The notes below the pieces were generated by a model. That model worked only from the letters and a program-made list of their open reading frames with translations, was not told the DNA's origin and searched no databases. Below are positions 1 to 11,660 of a DNA stretch of 64,000 bases, piece by piece. How positions within the stretch are numbered: position 1 is the stretch's first letter; every line of letters begins with the position of its first letter. Made by a program: the position numbers and the translations under genes. This DNA comes from Eledone cirrhosa (taxonomy: Eukaryota), in NCBI GenBank assembly GCA_964016885.1, contig OZ024752.1, positions 43,338,001 through 43,402,000 of the forward strand, in the 5' to 3' direction.

Positions 1-254
1 AATGATTTACAGATCATGTTGCTAGGGAGATTATGTTTAGTGTGAAGGTCACCAAGACAACCAACCAGCTAACATATAAAATAATAATGTTGTAAGTAGG
101 TAGTTGGTAAATTGTTTTAAACATTAGTTTTTCTGATTCACAATTAGCTGCACTCACAACAGATTTTGAAATTAAAGTGAAACGACTTTAATGATGTTTG
201 CCACAGCAGGTGACAAATAGAAACAACAATATACACCATATTAATAATGTATTT

Positions 255-293
<39 letters not shown>

Positions 294-389
294 GCACACA
301 CACATGCACAAGACAAAATTAGAATTGTTGACAATCACAGAATTGAATCCAAAAACAAACAAAAAAAAACTTAAGAACCATGGCTATAA

Positions 390-401
390 ATATGTTGAGG
401 T

Positions 402-439
<38 letters not shown>

Positions 440-485
440 GTTGAGGTGGATATATATATATATATATATATACATATGTTGAGGT

Positions 486-521
<36 letters not shown>

Positions 522-630
522 TATCGAGCCCTCTTTGGATTTTAGTCTTCAAATTTATTATTATTACTATATATATATATATACATACATATGTTGAGGT
601 GGCTATATATATATATATATGTTGAGGTGG

Positions 631-668
<38 letters not shown>

Positions 669-1555
669 AGGTGGCTATATATATATATATGTTGAGGTGG
701 CTATATATATATATATATATGTTGAGGTGGCTATATATATATATATGTTGAGGTGGCTATATATATATATATGTTGAGGTGGCTATATATATATATATGT
801 TGAGGTGGCTATATATATATATATATATGTTGAGGTGGCTATATATACATATGTTGAGGTGGCTATATATATATATATGTTGAGGTGGCTATATATATAC
901 ATATGTTGAGATGGATATATATATATATATTCATATGTTGAGGTGGATATATATATATAAGTTGAGGTGGATATATATATATATATATATATATGTTGAG
1001 GTGGCTATATATATATATGTTGAGGTGGATATATATACATATGTTGAGGTGGATATATATATATATGTTGAGGTGGCTATATATATATGTTGAGGTGGCT
1101 ATATATATATGTTGAGGTGGATATATATATATGTTGAGGTGGATATATATATATGTTGAGGTGGATATATATATATATGTTGAGGTGGATATATATATAT
1201 GTTGAGGTGGATATATATATATATGTTGAGGTGGCTATATATATATATATGTTGAGGTGGATATATATATATATGTTGAGGTGGCTATATATACATGTTG
1301 AGGTGGATATATATATATATATGTTGAGGTGGCTATATATATATATATGTTGAGATGGATATATATATATATATATTCATATGTTGAGGTGGATATATAT
1401 ATATATGTTGAGGTGGATATATATATATATGTTGAGATGGATATATATATATATATATATATATGTTGAGATGGATATATATATATATATATATGTTGAG
1501 ATGGATATATATATATATATATGTTGAGATGGATATATATATGGTTGAGATGTCT

Positions 1556-1609
<54 letters not shown>

Positions 1610-1650
1610 AGACATCTCAACCATATATATAGCCAACTCAACATATATAT
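390..1650. repeat. Compound satellite ATGTTGAGGTGG(A/C)+(TA)n, dozens of units of variable length
   Basis: Constant GTTGAGGTGG/GTTGAGATGG core separated by variable TA runs; inverted units at the right end (1600-1650). Confidence 0.95.
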
Positions 1651-1714
1651 TGTTACACTTTTCAACATATTATGTAGAACCATTTCAGTATATATATATA
1701 TAGGAGTGAGTAGG

Positions 1715-1810
1715 ACCCCGACGGCAGAGCTCAAACCGTTTCGACGGCTATTTCTGGACTAAATTAAAATTTTTAGCCTGGTGAATAAATAGCAGAACTT
1801 TTCAAGGGGG
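1715..1810 (-). ncRNA. Type I hammerhead ribozyme candidate, U3-A8 variant
   Basis: Reverse-complement copy of the 2455-2550 fold. Confidence 0.55.
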
Positions 1811-2454
1811 TACTTCCTTATATGGGAAGATTGTAGTTGTCAAGAGGCTTGGTTAACACAAATAAGTCTATCAAGCATTTGGTGGGAGGTAGGGGTGGCT
1901 GAACTTGCCTGTAGAACAATAGGGGAGTGAGTGGAGTGGTCAAGCAGCGTTGAAAGTGATATGTATACAGCAGATTCTAAGGCTAGTGAATGAAGTGGAG
2001 GAGGGAGGTTATAGAATAGGTAAATCGAATGAGAGTAGGAGACAATAAAAGATAATAGAAATAAATAAAAAAAATATATAAAATTAGATAGTGAGAAATG
2101 AATAAAAAAAAAGTTTTTTCTAATCTCAACTTATTAACCTGTAATTGTAAGATAGCATTGTGATTTTTTATTTTTTAATTCATTTCTCACTAATTTTATA
2201 TATTTTTTTATTTATTTCTATTATCTTTTATTGTCTCCTACTCTCATTCACCTATTCCATAACCTCCCTCCTCCACTTCATTCACTAGCCTTAGAATCTG
2301 CTACATATCACTTTCAAAGCTTGACCACTCCACTCACTCCCCTATTGTTCTACAGGCAAGTTCAGCCACCCCTACCTCTCGCCAAATGCCATGATAGACT
2401 TATTTGTGTTAACCAATCCTCTTGACAACTACAATCTTCCCATATAAGGAAGTA

Positions 2455-2550
2455 CCCCCTTGAAAAGTTCTGCTATTTATTCACCAGGCTAAAAATTCTA
2501 ATTTAGTCCAGAAATAGCCATCGAAACGGCTTGAGCTCTGCCGTCGGGGT
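2455..2550 (+). ncRNA. Type I hammerhead ribozyme candidate, U3-A8 variant with extended stem II
   Basis: Stem I CCCC/GGGG; core TTGAAAA (2460-2466); stem II includes GCTATTT/AAATAGC; GAAA (2523-2526); stem III ACGGC/GCCGT; GUC site ending at 2545. Confidence 0.6.
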
Positions 2551-3339
2551 CATATACTTTTTCCTATTTCCCACTCTACTACCCTAAGTATTGAGTACTC
2601 TGGTGCATTATGGTCCATCTGGTTCCTTACCACATTTCCTTTGTTATATATATATATATATATGCTGAGTAAAATGGATATATAGAATATAAGTTGTGGG
2701 TATACATAAGAAATTAGCAATATCTATACTGAGTTGCTTATATATAATATATTGAGAACAGTGACTATATATAGTAAGCAGAAAACCATATATATATATT
2801 ATATATATATAAGTTGAGGTGAATACATATATTATGCTACAGTGGCTATATATAATGTTGAGAACCATATCTATGTCGAGTCATAATGTTGTTTCTCATA
2901 TATGTTTTTTAATATTTGTCAATTATTTGGATGTTATCAACTGAAATTAAAGAAGACAAAAAAAAAAAATTTGAGAATGTGACAAATATTAAAACACATT
3001 CTCCAAAGGATACACTGTGAGTGGTTTAACCTTCAAGTCACAGCCCATCAAAATAATTATTCCATCATCATCATGTTATTGTGTTTCACCACAGCAGTTT
3101 ACAATAACATCTAAGTAGGTTCCTTGACTCCACTTCATCAAAAGCTCAAACCATAACCAGGAACTACACTTAATCAAAGACAGCTATAAACCACCACTAC
3201 TCCATGCACATGTGAGAGTAAAAGAAAAACATACTCAAAAAATAATTTTTAAACTTAAAATAATGAAAGCAAAATTTGTTAATTTTACTGATGTTAACTT
3301 TTTAATAGCGTAGGGTGAGCTTGCTTTAGTCTTCGTTAA

Positions 3340-3552
3340 CCCTCTTCGTTCTATGATATAAAACTGTTTTAAAGTGTTTATAATTATCTAAAAAGATTTC
3401 ATCATAATTTTATGAGAACCTTTGTTAAGTTATGCTCCAAACACCAACTTAATGAGAAAGCCAGCTATATTACTAAATCCGTCTTGATTGTTATCAAAAT
3501 TATTTGAAAATCATAACCAGTGTTTTTCATTAGAAATATGGTAATGAAAGAG
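3340..3552. mobile_element. TTAA-flanked (piggyBac-type) MITE, decayed
   Basis: TTAA|CCCTCTTCGTT...AATGAAAGAG|TTAA; internal similarity to 3901-4182. Confidence 0.55.
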
Positions 3553-3900
3553 TTAAATAAATGTTAAAATTAACAGGGATGAGGGGGTCCTGAAATATAC
3601 ACTGTTATGTAATACAAATATTAATCAATTTATACTTTACATATAAACATGTTGGAAACTAAACATAGCATCAAACATTTGGTTTCTGAAACTATATATT
3701 TAAAACACTTCTTCTAATTAATAATTTAACCCTGACCTACACCATAACAATTCTAAAACTAGTCTAGAGGTATTTCAGTTGCAAACCCACATTCGAAATA
3801 AGTTTTCTTACAAAACTAAAATTTACATGCATGAAATTATGTCAAAAACTTTAAAGTATTTAAACTGTTAAATATTAATGATTATATAAATTAATTTTAA

Positions 3901-4182
3901 CCATTTCCCAATGTATAATCCATAATCTTCAGAAAGTTTATTCATTTTACAAGTCTACGACAAAAGTTACAGAAAAATATACATTTCTTAACCTTCTGTA
4001 ATGATTTAGCAAAAAATATATTTATTTATAAACTTTGTACCATAATAATTTTATATGCGAACCTTTGTTAGGTTACATACCAAACACCACTTTAATGAAC
4101 TACCTCAATATGCTTGATTATTTCGAAGGTTATTTGAAAACCACAGGCATTGTCTTTCATCAGAAATATAGTAAGGAAAGGG
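3901..4182. mobile_element. Second copy of the TTAA-flanked MITE
   Basis: TTAA|CCATTTCC...GGAAAGGG|TTAA; shares GAACCTTTGTTA, CCAAACACCA and AGAAATAT segments with 3340-3552. Confidence 0.55.
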
Positions 4183-5165
4183 TTAAGAATATATTTTATT
4201 CATGTTTAAAAAGAATCAATACTGGAATAAGAACCTTATAATAAAAGAATTTTTTTTTAAATCAAGCAACAAAGTATTTATAAATTTCACTAAATCACCT
4301 CAGATCTAATGCTATGAACAGATAAACTGTGAGTGACAACACACTAACTTCATAAACATACTTCAAAAAGACAGTAAAATAGAAGACTGTCCAGAAATTC
4401 AAACAGCGATGGAAGATTTTAACATCTGGAATGGCTGCATTTCCTTCGTTTGATCAGATGATGTACTGTTTTATTAAAATCTATGTTGGTTTGAATTTTC
4501 ATTTTTAAAATAAATAAAAAACAACAAACATCTGTTAGCAAAATTCTGTGTTGAATATAAAAAAAAAAAGCCTGAAAATAGAGATGACTTGTTGGTTGAC
4601 TGACAGGAAAAATGGCCTGAAAATAACAGCTACTCATAACAAGTGGGATAGAAATAATTTGTAGTTAGTCTTTTTTTTTTTCTTTCCTCAAAATTCAATG
4701 GTACTAAAATTGGGTGGCTGAAATAAAACATTGACTAACAGAATCTATCAATGACTGCACTAGCACCAGAAGATGAAATACAAATTCTGTGCCATTTATA
4801 TATATATATTTAGAAAAACTTTATGAAAGAGAGAGAGAGAGAGAGAAATCTTTCATAATAAAAGAAGCAACACTAGAGATGTTAAATAAAAAAAATACCC
4901 GTATTTGCCAAATATTTAGAAAATAAAATTAAAATTCCGCGAATTTCATTTGTAAACTGTTAGAATATTTTTTTTAAATATATATATGACAATATATTTA
5001 TTCATAAATGTCTAGAATTTTTTTCTTGTTGCCAATTTTTAAAAAATGATTTTCCAATGACAAAAGTTATTTGAATTCAAAGTATTTAAGAAGAATCCCA
5101 AGATCCAGGAAAGCAGAAAAAAACAAAAAACAAACAAACAAACACTATAATCCATTTGCTTTTAC

Positions 5166-5395
5166 CTTTCACGGCGAGTCTCTTCATAAGTTCGCTTGCG
5201 GACATGACTGGCTGGATGGCCTGGCAGTGCAGCAACTGTTGGTGGTGTGGAAGTGGGGATAAGAGTTGCAGCTGGTGCACCTGCAAGTAATGGTTGTCCA
5301 GGTGGAGGAGGTGGTGGCATGCCTGGAGCCATTGGAACAGCCATCATGTATGGTGGAGGCACCATCATAGGAACAAATCCTGGATACTGATTCAT
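5166..5395 (-). CDS. First coding exon of a gene with a Met/Pro-rich N-terminus (MNQYPGFVPMMVPPPY...KRTYEETRRE); identity not established
   Basis: GC-rich open frame; acceptor TTTTTCTAACAG (exon starts 5407); ATG in AAAATG context at 5395; donor AG|GTAAAA at 5166/5165. The composition resembles low-complexity N-termini of nuclear RNA-processing proteins (inference). Confidence 0.8.
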
Positions 5396-5493
5396 TTTTC
5401 AAGATATCTGTTAGAAAAATATATAATGGGACAATTTCTTAGTTTATAACCTATTTGAGACAATGGCAAAATAGAAAGGGGTGGGAGTAATAA

Positions 5494-5714
5494 CAGACCT
5501 GCCAACTTCCAAAAAGCCCAAACAGGGAGTACCATGAAAAAAAAAAAAAAAAAAAAAAAAAAGTGCCCCAAATCAGAGAGAAATGAAGCAAAATGGGGAG
5601 ATTTTACATAGTGAAAGCTATACCCATTTTCGCAAGAGAAGGCATCGCTCACCCACTCCAAAGTGGGTGAGAGATCTCCCCATCGAACGGGATGGGGGAG
5701 AATTGACAGATCTG
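5494..5714. mobile_element. Small MITE with imperfect 13-bp TIRs and internal hairpins
   Basis: CAGACCTGCCAAC ... ATTGACAGATCTG; TAATAA on both flanks; hairpins CTCACCCACT/AGTGGGTGAG and CCCCATC/GATGGGG. Confidence 0.5.
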
Positions 5715-6159
5715 TAATAACAAAATAGTGCCAGTGCCTGAAATAAAATATGTTTCTATGATTACATCAGTTGGTAATGGAAGAAACTATTTTTAACATT
5801 CCAGAGAAGGTGGCTTGAGAGAGAGAGAGAGATACTAACAGTTTAGTAATCTGCAGCTTCAATTGATGATAACAATAATAACATATAGAGATGAAAAAAG
5901 CAAGTTGTGATAAATGTAACTAATCTATCTACATAACATGTGTTGTAAGATATCTATATAGAATGTTGTCAGAGAAGAGTGACTATAAGGTTACTATAGG
6001 ATTTCAGTTAAACTAAGCAGTCATTCCCAGTGAAATAACTTCATTTACATTACAATCAATTCCAAAGATTTATTATACAATATACAAGCATTTCAACAAA
6101 TGGTCTCAGATTCTGTAATTTCAGCCATGTCATTGAGGCATTTCAAATGAAAAATACTC

Positions 6160-6620
6160 AATATCACAACAGCTTACTACTCCCCTCCTCAAATACTAGA
6201 TATCACAACAGCTTACTACTCCCCTCCTCAAATACTAGATATCATAACAGCTTACTACCTCCTCCTCCAATATTGGATATCATAACTTACTATGCCCTCC
6301 TCCAATATTGGATATCATAACAGCTTACTATGCCCTCCTCAAATACTAGATATCATAACAGCTTACTATGCCCTCCTCAAATACTAGATATCATAACAGC
6401 TTACTATGCCCTCCTCAAATACTAGATATCATAACAGCTTACTATGCCCTCCTCAAATACTAGATATCATAACAGCTTACTATGCCCTCCTCCAATACTG
6501 GATATCATAACACCTTAGTCCCTTCTCCCCATATCATGACAGCTTACTACCCTCTTCTCCAGGATATCATAGCATCTTAATAACTTACTCCACTACACTG
6601 GATGTCATAACATTATTAAC
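6160..6620. repeat. 38-bp minisatellite, ~10-12 copies, degenerate at the edges
   Basis: Unit GATATCATAACAGCTTACTATGCCCTCCTCAAATACTA, period 38 (e.g. 6361/6399). Confidence 0.95.
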
Positions 6621-7039
6621 TTCCTCCCTCACCAAATCAGGCTACCGTACCATCTTAGCCCCCTTCCCTGCAATATCATAGCATGTTAGTGCCTCTCCCC
6701 TTTGATTTTCAAGAATTCGCTTAGCTCTTAATTAAGCTAGACTCAATTTTCGTTACAGTCCTAGATACACGATAACACAGTATGGCCTAAGGCTTTTGCT
6801 GAAGCCTATGAACATAACAACAATTGGCAGTTGTTTCTGGGAGAAAACTAATAATCTTAAGATATAGATTTGCTCTGCACAGCTTCAGCCTTTTTGGAAC
6901 CCAGATTGAAATGTTTTCAGCTTCTCTTTCACAGCTAGAACCCTTGCAAGCAAGGAAAAGCAGACGTAAAATGATGATGATGATACAAGCAGTTCAACAG
7001 CATTCTGTTGTAAGTCTTTGCAGAAATAGATATGAGAAA

Positions 7040-7350
7040 TATCCCTCTTAAGTCTGACATTCTTTCAGATGATTTTTTCCAGTGTGGGAATGATGATATT
7101 CTACTTGTATTGTAGTGGGAGTTTATGATTATTATAGAAGTTGTTGCATACCTCCAAGAGATGCTAACGAAAGGCTAGACCACCAAAGTTCTGAACTTAT
7201 GGTCTAACCGATGTATCGACCCCATTTGATTTACCAAGTCTGAGACTGGAGAGAGCTTTGTTCAATTCTTCCATAGCAAAGTCATTTGTGGATATGTAAA
7301 GGAGTTCTGCAGCTAGTGATATGTCAGTTGTTTCAACAGGAGGTTATTTA
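7040..7350 (-). mobile_element. Decayed LINE fragment from the region preceding the RT core
   Basis: Translates as FAMEELNKALSSLRLGKSNGVD...LLEVCNNF...NIIIP, with stops. Confidence 0.65.
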
Positions 7351-7426
7351 GCCCATTTACTTAATAGCTCACTCTTCTTGAAAGGGCTGTACTATCCCTT
7401 TGGTTGTTGACAAGTGAAGCAGAGCA

Positions 7427-7470
<44 letters not shown>

Positions 7471-8230
7471 CACACACACACCCACACAAACATATTTCTA
7501 GTCGTAATTGTTTAACGTATTTATGTTTCAAACTCCATCCGTAAACTTTCCTGCTCATTCTTTGTTTTGTTAACATTTAAAATGCATCTTTCCAACAGAG
7601 CAATTCTCCAATCTGTTGCACAAACTGGCATCACAACATGTGCCATTACGACCTTAAGGCATGAAACTGCACACAAGCAAATTGGCAGACAAGGTAAAGA
7701 TGCAGCTACTTGTTCATCATCATCATTTTACGTCTGCTTTTCCCTGCTTGCAAGGGTGGGACAAGCACAGCAACAAGTATATAGGAACAACAAAGATTTG
7801 TTCATTTTATATAATTGTGCATTTATTGCTGATACTATATTTATATATAAAAATACTGACATGTGTCCATTTTTCAGAAACTGCTCTCTTCTATATTTCT
7901 TCTTTGTTTTATCTCACTCTCTCTTTGTTTCTTTCATCCATCTACTTTCTCCCTGGCACCAGGCCAATCCTTCAGCCTTTGGTTTTGAGCCTTGGTAGAC
8001 AGCAGAACAATTTTCTTCAGCTCCATAATCTAACCAGTGTTAACATCTTGCACATTTTACAGAACAAGACTGTTGCCTATTTATTTCTAGTAGTAATTTT
8101 CTTACTGTTTGTGAGTATGGTGGCTATTATTAACACTCTGGTTGATATGGGATTTTCTCAGACAATATGATTTATAATTTTAAAATATTAATATATATAA
8201 TTCTACTAAAACATATATATATATATATAT

Positions 8231-8626
8231 GATGGAGGCACATGGCTTAGTGGTTAGAGCAATTAGCCTTGCAATCGAAAGGTTGTGAGTTCAATTCTCA
8301 GACCGGGTGATCTGTTGTTTCCTTGAGCAAGACACTTTATTTCACATTGCTCCAGTTAACTCAGCTGTAGAAATGAGATGATAGGGACTGGGGTCCCTAT
8401 CATTCCACTGCAAAGTGGTCGTGGAGAAGCCACGGCGAAAAAGCACCCAGCCCACACTGTAAAGTGGACGTGTGGGCGCCATGGAAAATAAGCACCCAGC
8501 ACTCACTGTAAATGAGGCTGGTGTTAGGAAGGGCATCCAGCTGTAGAAATCAAGCCAGAATCAGTTCCCATCCCACCCTTGCAAGCAGGGAAAAGTGGAC
8601 ATAAAATGAAATGATGATGATGATGA
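8231..8626 (+). mobile_element. tRNA-derived composite SINE with an RTE-type 3' tail
   Basis: A-box-like TGGCTTAGTGG, B-box-like GAGTTCAATTC, CCTTGAGCAAGACACTTTA body, AGGAAGGGCATCCAGC block, tail CCCTTGCAAGCAGGGAAAAGTGGACATAAAA(TGA)n. Confidence 0.8.
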
Positions 8627-8702
8627 TAGAAAGAGAGATAGGTAGACCACTGGAAGGTAATATCCGTAGTGGTAGAGCACTCAGTCCATGGGACGAGTTT
8701 GG

Positions 8703-8882
8703 TATAAGTAGTAACACAACAGTTAGTTCACCATACCGAGAACAATTGTTTCACCTTATGCAGATCTTCAGCTCGAACTGGTAATGGTTATGACTACTAT
8801 TACCAGTCTGAGCTGAAGATCTGTATAAGGTGAAACAATTGTTCTCGGAATGGTAAACTAACTGTTGTGTTACTACTTCTAT
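8703..8882. mobile_element. ~85-bp-arm inverted repeat (Penelope-like terminal repeat) with paired minimal hammerheads
   Basis: 8703-8786 is the reverse complement of 8798-8882. Confidence 0.75.
8808..8848 (+). ncRNA. Minimal type I hammerhead candidate (CUGAAGA core, palindromic stem III); mirror copy at 8738-8774 (-)
   Basis: CTGAG-CTGAAGA-TCTGTATAAGGT-GAAA-CAATTG-TT-CTCGG. Confidence 0.6.
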
Positions 8883-8885
8883 ATA

Positions 8886-9120
8886 TCATCATCATCATTT
8901 TACGTCCGCTTTTCCCTACTTGCAAGGGTGGGACGGGTCTTATTCAGCACAGCATCTCTCCACTCGTCACGGTCCCTCGTCATCTCCACCGTGAGCTTAA
9001 ATGATCTGAGGTCTGTTCTCACCACCTCCGCCCATGTTTTTCGTGGTCTACCTCTACCACGTCTTCCTTCAACTGGCATTTCCTGGCACTTCTTCACCCA
9101 TCGGTCATCCTCCATACCAC
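8886..9120 (-). mobile_element. RTE-clade LINE 3' end
   Basis: MEDDRWVKKCQEMPVEGRRGRGRPRKTWAEVVRTDL...EWR C-terminus followed by a (TGA)n tail. Confidence 0.85.
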
Positions 9121-9162
9121 CTCAGTCTCCTCTCCCGTACACTACATTCTATCCCTCTCTGA

Positions 9163-9210
<48 letters not shown>

Positions 9211-9297
9211 ATATATATCATCATCATCATCTTCGTTTTAACGTCCATTTTCCCCGCTAGCATGGGTTAGACCATATATATATATACATACATATAT

Positions 9298-9520
9298 CCA
9301 GTCTACACTGTAAAGTAGTTGTGTAGGCATCACAACATAGAGTACCCAGTACTCACTGTAAATGAGGTTGGCTCTAAAAAGGGCATCCAGCTTTAGAAAC
9401 CAAGCCAAAATCGGTTCTGTATGAAAAAGACATGGTCATCTGACCTACCATGGCTCACAACAGGATAACTCGTCAAACCCATGCCAGTGTGGAAAAATGG
9501 AAGTAAAACAGTGATGATAA
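9298..9520 (+). mobile_element. SINE 3' half related to 8231-8626
   Basis: CACTGTAAATGAGG...AAGGGCATCCAGC...GGAAAAATGGAAGTAAAA..TGATGAT. Confidence 0.65.
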
Positions 9521-9524
9521 TTGC

Positions 9525-9555
<31 letters not shown>

Positions 9556-9844
9556 TATAGTTATGTAATAAACAACATAAGGCAATTATTCCATTTACCA
9601 GTGGTTTCTTAAAAGCAAAAGATTTTGCTTTCAATCCTCAGAATGAAAAAATCCTGGTCTGTTTATTGAATTTGAATTTGGATTTTAAGCTCCGTTACCT
9701 ACATAGAGCACTCTTTTTTCCTGGACTTTTCCGACGGAATTACTTTACATATATATATAGACACACATATATGTACATATATACATTTACATATATAAAT
9801 ATACATACATATACACACCTACATATATATGTATACATATATAA

Positions 9845-9935
9845 GGTGTCTTGCTCAAGGACATAACGCATCATCCAGTCAAGGAATCGAATTCACAACC
9901 ACACGATTGCAAGCCCAGTCTAACCACTAAGCTAT
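9845..9935 (-). mobile_element. tRNA-derived SINE head
   Basis: Minus strand GCTTAGTGGTTAG...GAATTCGATTCC...GTCCTTGAGCAAGACAC. Confidence 0.65.
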
Positions 9936-10240
9936 ATATAGAGAGAGAACAGGATTATACCAGTTTAAAACTAGTAATACCATAATTCAGCAGAGTACTC
10001 AATACTTGGAATAGTAGAGTGTAAATATAGCGTGGAATAAAGACGTTAAACGATGATGATGATGATGATGATGATGATGATATCATTTTACGTCCGCTTT
10101 TCCCTGTTTGCAAGGGTTGGACTTTTTTTTTTTAATATATATAAATATATATATAAGTTGAAATAGGATGAAACGAAATTTCATTTCTCACTCTTAGTAC
10201 GGCACTTACTTAAATGTATGTATGTACGTATACATACATA

Positions 10241-10278
<38 letters not shown>

Positions 10279-10299
10279 CTTGACTTTTGGGAGGCTCCC

Positions 10300-10342
<43 letters not shown>

Positions 10343-10345
<3 letters not shown>

Positions 10346-10620
10346 GGGAGCCTCCCAAAAGTCAAGTCGAGAGTAACCCAGAGGAGACTGAGGTTAGTTG
10401 GACATGCTCACCGACATTCAGAGTTGACACTGCACTCACTGCTCCTGTGGGAGCCCCTGCATGGACACACTAGAAGAGAAAGCCCGGGGATAACATATGT
10501 TGATGCCCTAAGGACAGACACTGGTCTCTTGGAGACGCAGGACATGGCAGCGATCGATAATGAGGGACAGAGACCGCTGGAGAAAACTCGTATATGGATC
10601 TCTGGAATTTTATCCACGTA
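10343..10620 (+). mobile_element. RTE/RTE-X-like LINE C-terminal fragment
   Basis: YGSLPKV...[12 protein letters not shown]...LLWEP..G..RR....TYVD.LR.DTG. Confidence 0.75.
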
Positions 10621-10902
10621 AGACATATATAGGGATTGTAACGTCCAGTTACTGTTTTTCAATGCCGTAAGAGAATCATTCTGTCCTTATCATAACTGAA
10701 GTCCGACGAGCTTTTGATTCCAGAGTCGGGCCAGCCAGATCGAGTCTTGAGCTGATCTATTGCGAAACGCGCGTCACACCTCAATAAACGTAATGAAGAT
10801 CTAATATATATATAAATAAATATATATATATATATAACACAATTATATCTGCGTATATATAATATATATATATATATATATACACATAGACACAGATATA
10901 AT

Positions 10903-11170
10903 TGTGTTCTTGAGCAAGACACTTTACTTTGCGTTGCTCCAGTTCACCCACTATAAGAAACGAGTTGCGACGTCATTGGTGCCAAGATGTATCGGTCTTT
11001 ATCTTTCCTTTGGACAACATCAATGGTTTGAAGATGGGAGACTGGTATTAAACATAAGCGACTTCTAGTCTTCCGTAAAATCACTTTTGCCCCGGCTTTA
11101 TACCTCGATGGGGGAACTTTGCAGGTGGAATCCCTCGGTCAGACATGACCGATTGGTGTCTTTACCGATT
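10903..11170 (+). mobile_element. SINE body, 5'-truncated
   Basis: GTGTTCTTGAGCAAGACACTTTAC...TTGCTCCAGTTCAC shared with the 8231 SINE. Confidence 0.6.
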
Positions 11171-11188
11171 ATTTCAAGCGTTAAACTA

Positions 11189-11245
<57 letters not shown>

Positions 11246-11557
11246 ACATACATAGATATATAGATAGATGTATCATCGTATTATATATATATGTATATAC
11301 ATACATCGATATATAATATATAATTATATTAAAAATATATAATGTATATATACATATAAATATATATATACATAGAAATACCTATATACATATTCGCAAC
11401 AATTCGTCTCTTTGTGGCGGATGCGAGAAGAGAGGGGGGGGCAGGTTTCTAAAGATATTTAAAGAATAAATTACAAAAATCAAACCAACAAACAGCTATT
11501 TTTTTACGACAAATGTCTTTAAAAAGTAAAAAAAGGGTCATATAATACAATACTCAC

Positions 11558-11660
11558 CAATTACTTCATTAATCTTGACTAAAAAACATTAAGAAATCAT
11601 GAAATGTTTTAAACGATATAAAAGCAGCCACTCGTTGGAAATGGCGGAGCTCAAATCTAG
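11558..11660 (-). promoter_or_regulatory. Probable non-coding first exon / TSS region of the proline-rich gene
   Basis: Strong donor TTG|GTGAGTA at 11558/11557; YY1-type CCGCCATTT (11639-11647); the exon's 5' boundary is approximate. Confidence 0.55.

Larger units (their letters stand above)
1714..2551. mobile_element. ~400-bp-arm inverted repeat, Penelope-like-element type, with a hammerhead fold in each arm
   Basis: 1714-~2110 is the reverse complement of ~2170-2551 (GACCCCGACGGCAGAGCTCAA... vs ...TTGAGCTCTGCCGTCGGGGTC); partial third copy at 44111-44180. Confidence 0.8.

Noticed and set aside
390-1530. CRISPR-like regular repeats
   Set aside because: Spacers are only (TA)n; eukaryotic context; no cas genes
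4405-4465. Next coding exon after 5166
   Set aside because: Weak acceptor without a pyrimidine tract, early stop, no recognisable domain
5166-5395. Gene symbol such as RBM25
   Set aside because: Only low-complexity resemblance; no diagnostic domain in the window
8231-8305. tRNA gene
   Set aside because: A/B boxes continue into a SINE body; no complete cloverleaf
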